A stretch of 64,000 bases of DNA from a virus. The notes under the pieces were generated by a model. The model did no database searches and was not told the origin of the DNA. It was given only the letters and a program-made list of their open reading frames with translations. Position numbers and translations under genes: made by a program. Of this stretch, positions 62,926-64,000 are shown piece after piece. The stretch is from the IMG/VR virus record IMGVR_UViG_3300036790_000034, positions 1-64,000 of that record; one strand, written 5' to 3'. Numbering within the stretch: position 1 is the stretch's first letter; each line of letters opens with the position of its first letter.

Positions 62926-63426
62926 TCAGTAGCCGAGGTCGATGAGGACCGATTGGTCATGATTCATTCTCCTCTTCCTGACGTTCTCCGTATGAATGTC
63001 TTGACATCGAATCCTGACGACTGCGAAGATGAGCCGCTGAATCATCTGGCCCATCGCATCTGCTTGGTCTTCAAAGCTGTCGTACTTCGGATACTTCCGC
63101 ATGACAATAATCCCTCGGGCCTTGTCGTAGTAGAAGACCTCTGGTAGATGTGGGAGCATGACGCGATGCTTCTTCAGTCGTTTCAATCGTGCCATCTCCG
63201 TCGCCGTGTGGCGTCGGCCTGACACGTACTTCTTGCGTGACAGTGGAAACTTGACGACGAGGTCACAGTTCAAAATCTCACAGCACTCGCGGAAAGCCCC
63301 GGTGCCAATCCAACGGAGCGGAAGTCCGATGGCCTTGAAGTCCTTATGCGTTTGCGGTTTCGCCGCCCGAATCTTCTTGAGTGCTCGGGCGATTGGGATT
63401 TTGCTGCGACTTCGGCGTTTGCTCAT
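62926..63426 (-). CDS. minimal protein-kinase-like protein
   Basis: IGTGAFR Gly-loop; VVKFP; helix-C Glu (TEM); DIHTENV catalytic loop; LIDLG. Confidence 0.75.
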   Translation of the reverse strand: MSKRRSRSKIPIARALKKIRAAKPQTHKDFKAIGLPLRWIGTGAFRECCEILNCDLVVKFPLSRKKYVSGRRHTATEMARLKRLKKHRVMLPHLPEVFYYDKARGIIVMRKYPKYDSFEDQADAMGQMIQRLIFAVVRIRCQDIHTENVRKRRMNHDQSVLIDLGY

Positions 63427-63727
63427 TCGGACTCTCTGCGGTCAACTGCGGTGTGCGGTGCGGCTGGATGCGGTCTATTTCGCGTCCGAAGTCGCTGTAC
63501 TGCGATGCCTCCGTCGAATAGCTGACGAGGTATGCCAGCCTCTTCTCAATCATGCCGACCGTCGTTGTCAGGTCCGCCTTCATCTTCTTGTCAGTGTCGC
63601 TGACATACGACTGGTTCATCCGGTCGATGACATCAATGCCAAGCAGGAAGACTTCCTTCAATTCCATGTAATGACTGTAGCGAGTCCCCGTCTCCATGAG
63701 ATTTAGTTTGGATGCGACAGAATCCAT
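63344..63727 (-). CDS. hypothetical protein (MDSVASKL...)
   Basis: AGGAGG RBS. Confidence 0.55.
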   Translation of the reverse strand: MDSVASKLNLMETGTRYSHYMELKEVFLLGIDVIDRMNQSYVSDTDKKMKADLTTTVGMIEKRLAYLVSYSTEASQYSDFGREIDRIQPHRTPQLTAESPNEQTPKSQQNPNRPSTQEDSGGETANA

Positions 63728-63735
63728 CGTCCCTC

Positions 63736-64000
63736 CTAGACCCATTGCTGGGTCGCCATCTGTTGAACCAATCGTTTTGCCCTGTCACCAACCTGAGTAT
63801 ACCAGAGCGATGCCCTCATGTCGGCAGCGGCTTGAACGTAGTTCCCGGCCTGTACGTCCGCCAGCATGTGGTGGAACGTTTCTTCCCCGGCCACACCCAT
63901 GTTGAACGCCATGTTGACAAGGACGCCTTGGATGACGAGCGGGAGCCGCTGTATCCACGGGAGGTCTTTGAACAATTTCATCTGAATGCGGGCCACATCA
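63736..64000 (-). CDS. T4-lysozyme-like endolysin (GH24), 5' end outside the window
   Basis: VLVNMAFNMGV...F..ML...NY..AA..M..SLWYTQVGDRAKRL. Confidence 0.85.
   Translation of the reverse strand, partial: DVARIQMKLFKDLPWIQRLPLVIQGVLVNMAFNMGVAGEETFHHMLADVQAGNYVQAAADMRASLWYTQVGDRAKRLVQQMATQQWV

Noticed and set aside
1-64000. CRISPR array, DGR/retron, integrase/att site, rRNA
   Set aside because: No regularly spaced repeats, reverse transcriptase, recombinase or rRNA motifs were seen
1-64000. Stop-codon reassignment
   Set aside because: Core genes are full length in the standard code, all three stops are used, and there is no suppressor tRNA
1-64000. Host assignment
   Set aside because: Sigma70-like promoters, IHF-like boxes and a spanin-like gene only hint at a diderm host; this is not enough to name one

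Overview
About 64 kb of a tailed dsDNA phage genome with podovirus-like organisation (portal, scaffold, major capsid, tail/nozzle and internal ejection proteins; no tape measure or sheath recognised). The leftward arm (about 13.8 kb to 1) holds early and replication genes: SSB-like protein, primase-polymerase/helicase, family A DNA polymerase and a GNAT. The rightward arm (about 13.9-62.8 kb) holds three glycosyltransferases, terminase, head, tail and ejection genes, lysis-related membrane proteins, a T5 A1-like nuclease, nucleotide-pool enzymes and a tRNA cluster. A short leftward block at the right end holds a tRNA-CAT, a kinase-like gene and a partial lysozyme. No integrase, repressor, CRISPR array or reverse transcriptase was recognised. 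The most striking features are: (1) a circularly permuted two-piece tmRNA gene whose predicted tag ends in ...AAAAGR instead of the ClpXP degron ...AA, followed by a 144-nt expanded tRNA mimic; (2) two more non-canonical tRNA-like RNAs and several structured ncRNA candidates; (3) about 15 freestanding homing-endonuclease-like genes, several preceded by a covarying hairpin/pseudoknot RNA element that pairs with their own Shine-Dalgarno; (4) a glycosyltransferase cluster with a shared C-terminal peptide, next to a capsid protein ending in Ser; (5) a three-member Cys/His motif family (KHQMxNGDxxVRCxRCG). All product calls come from motif recognition by eye; no database search was run.
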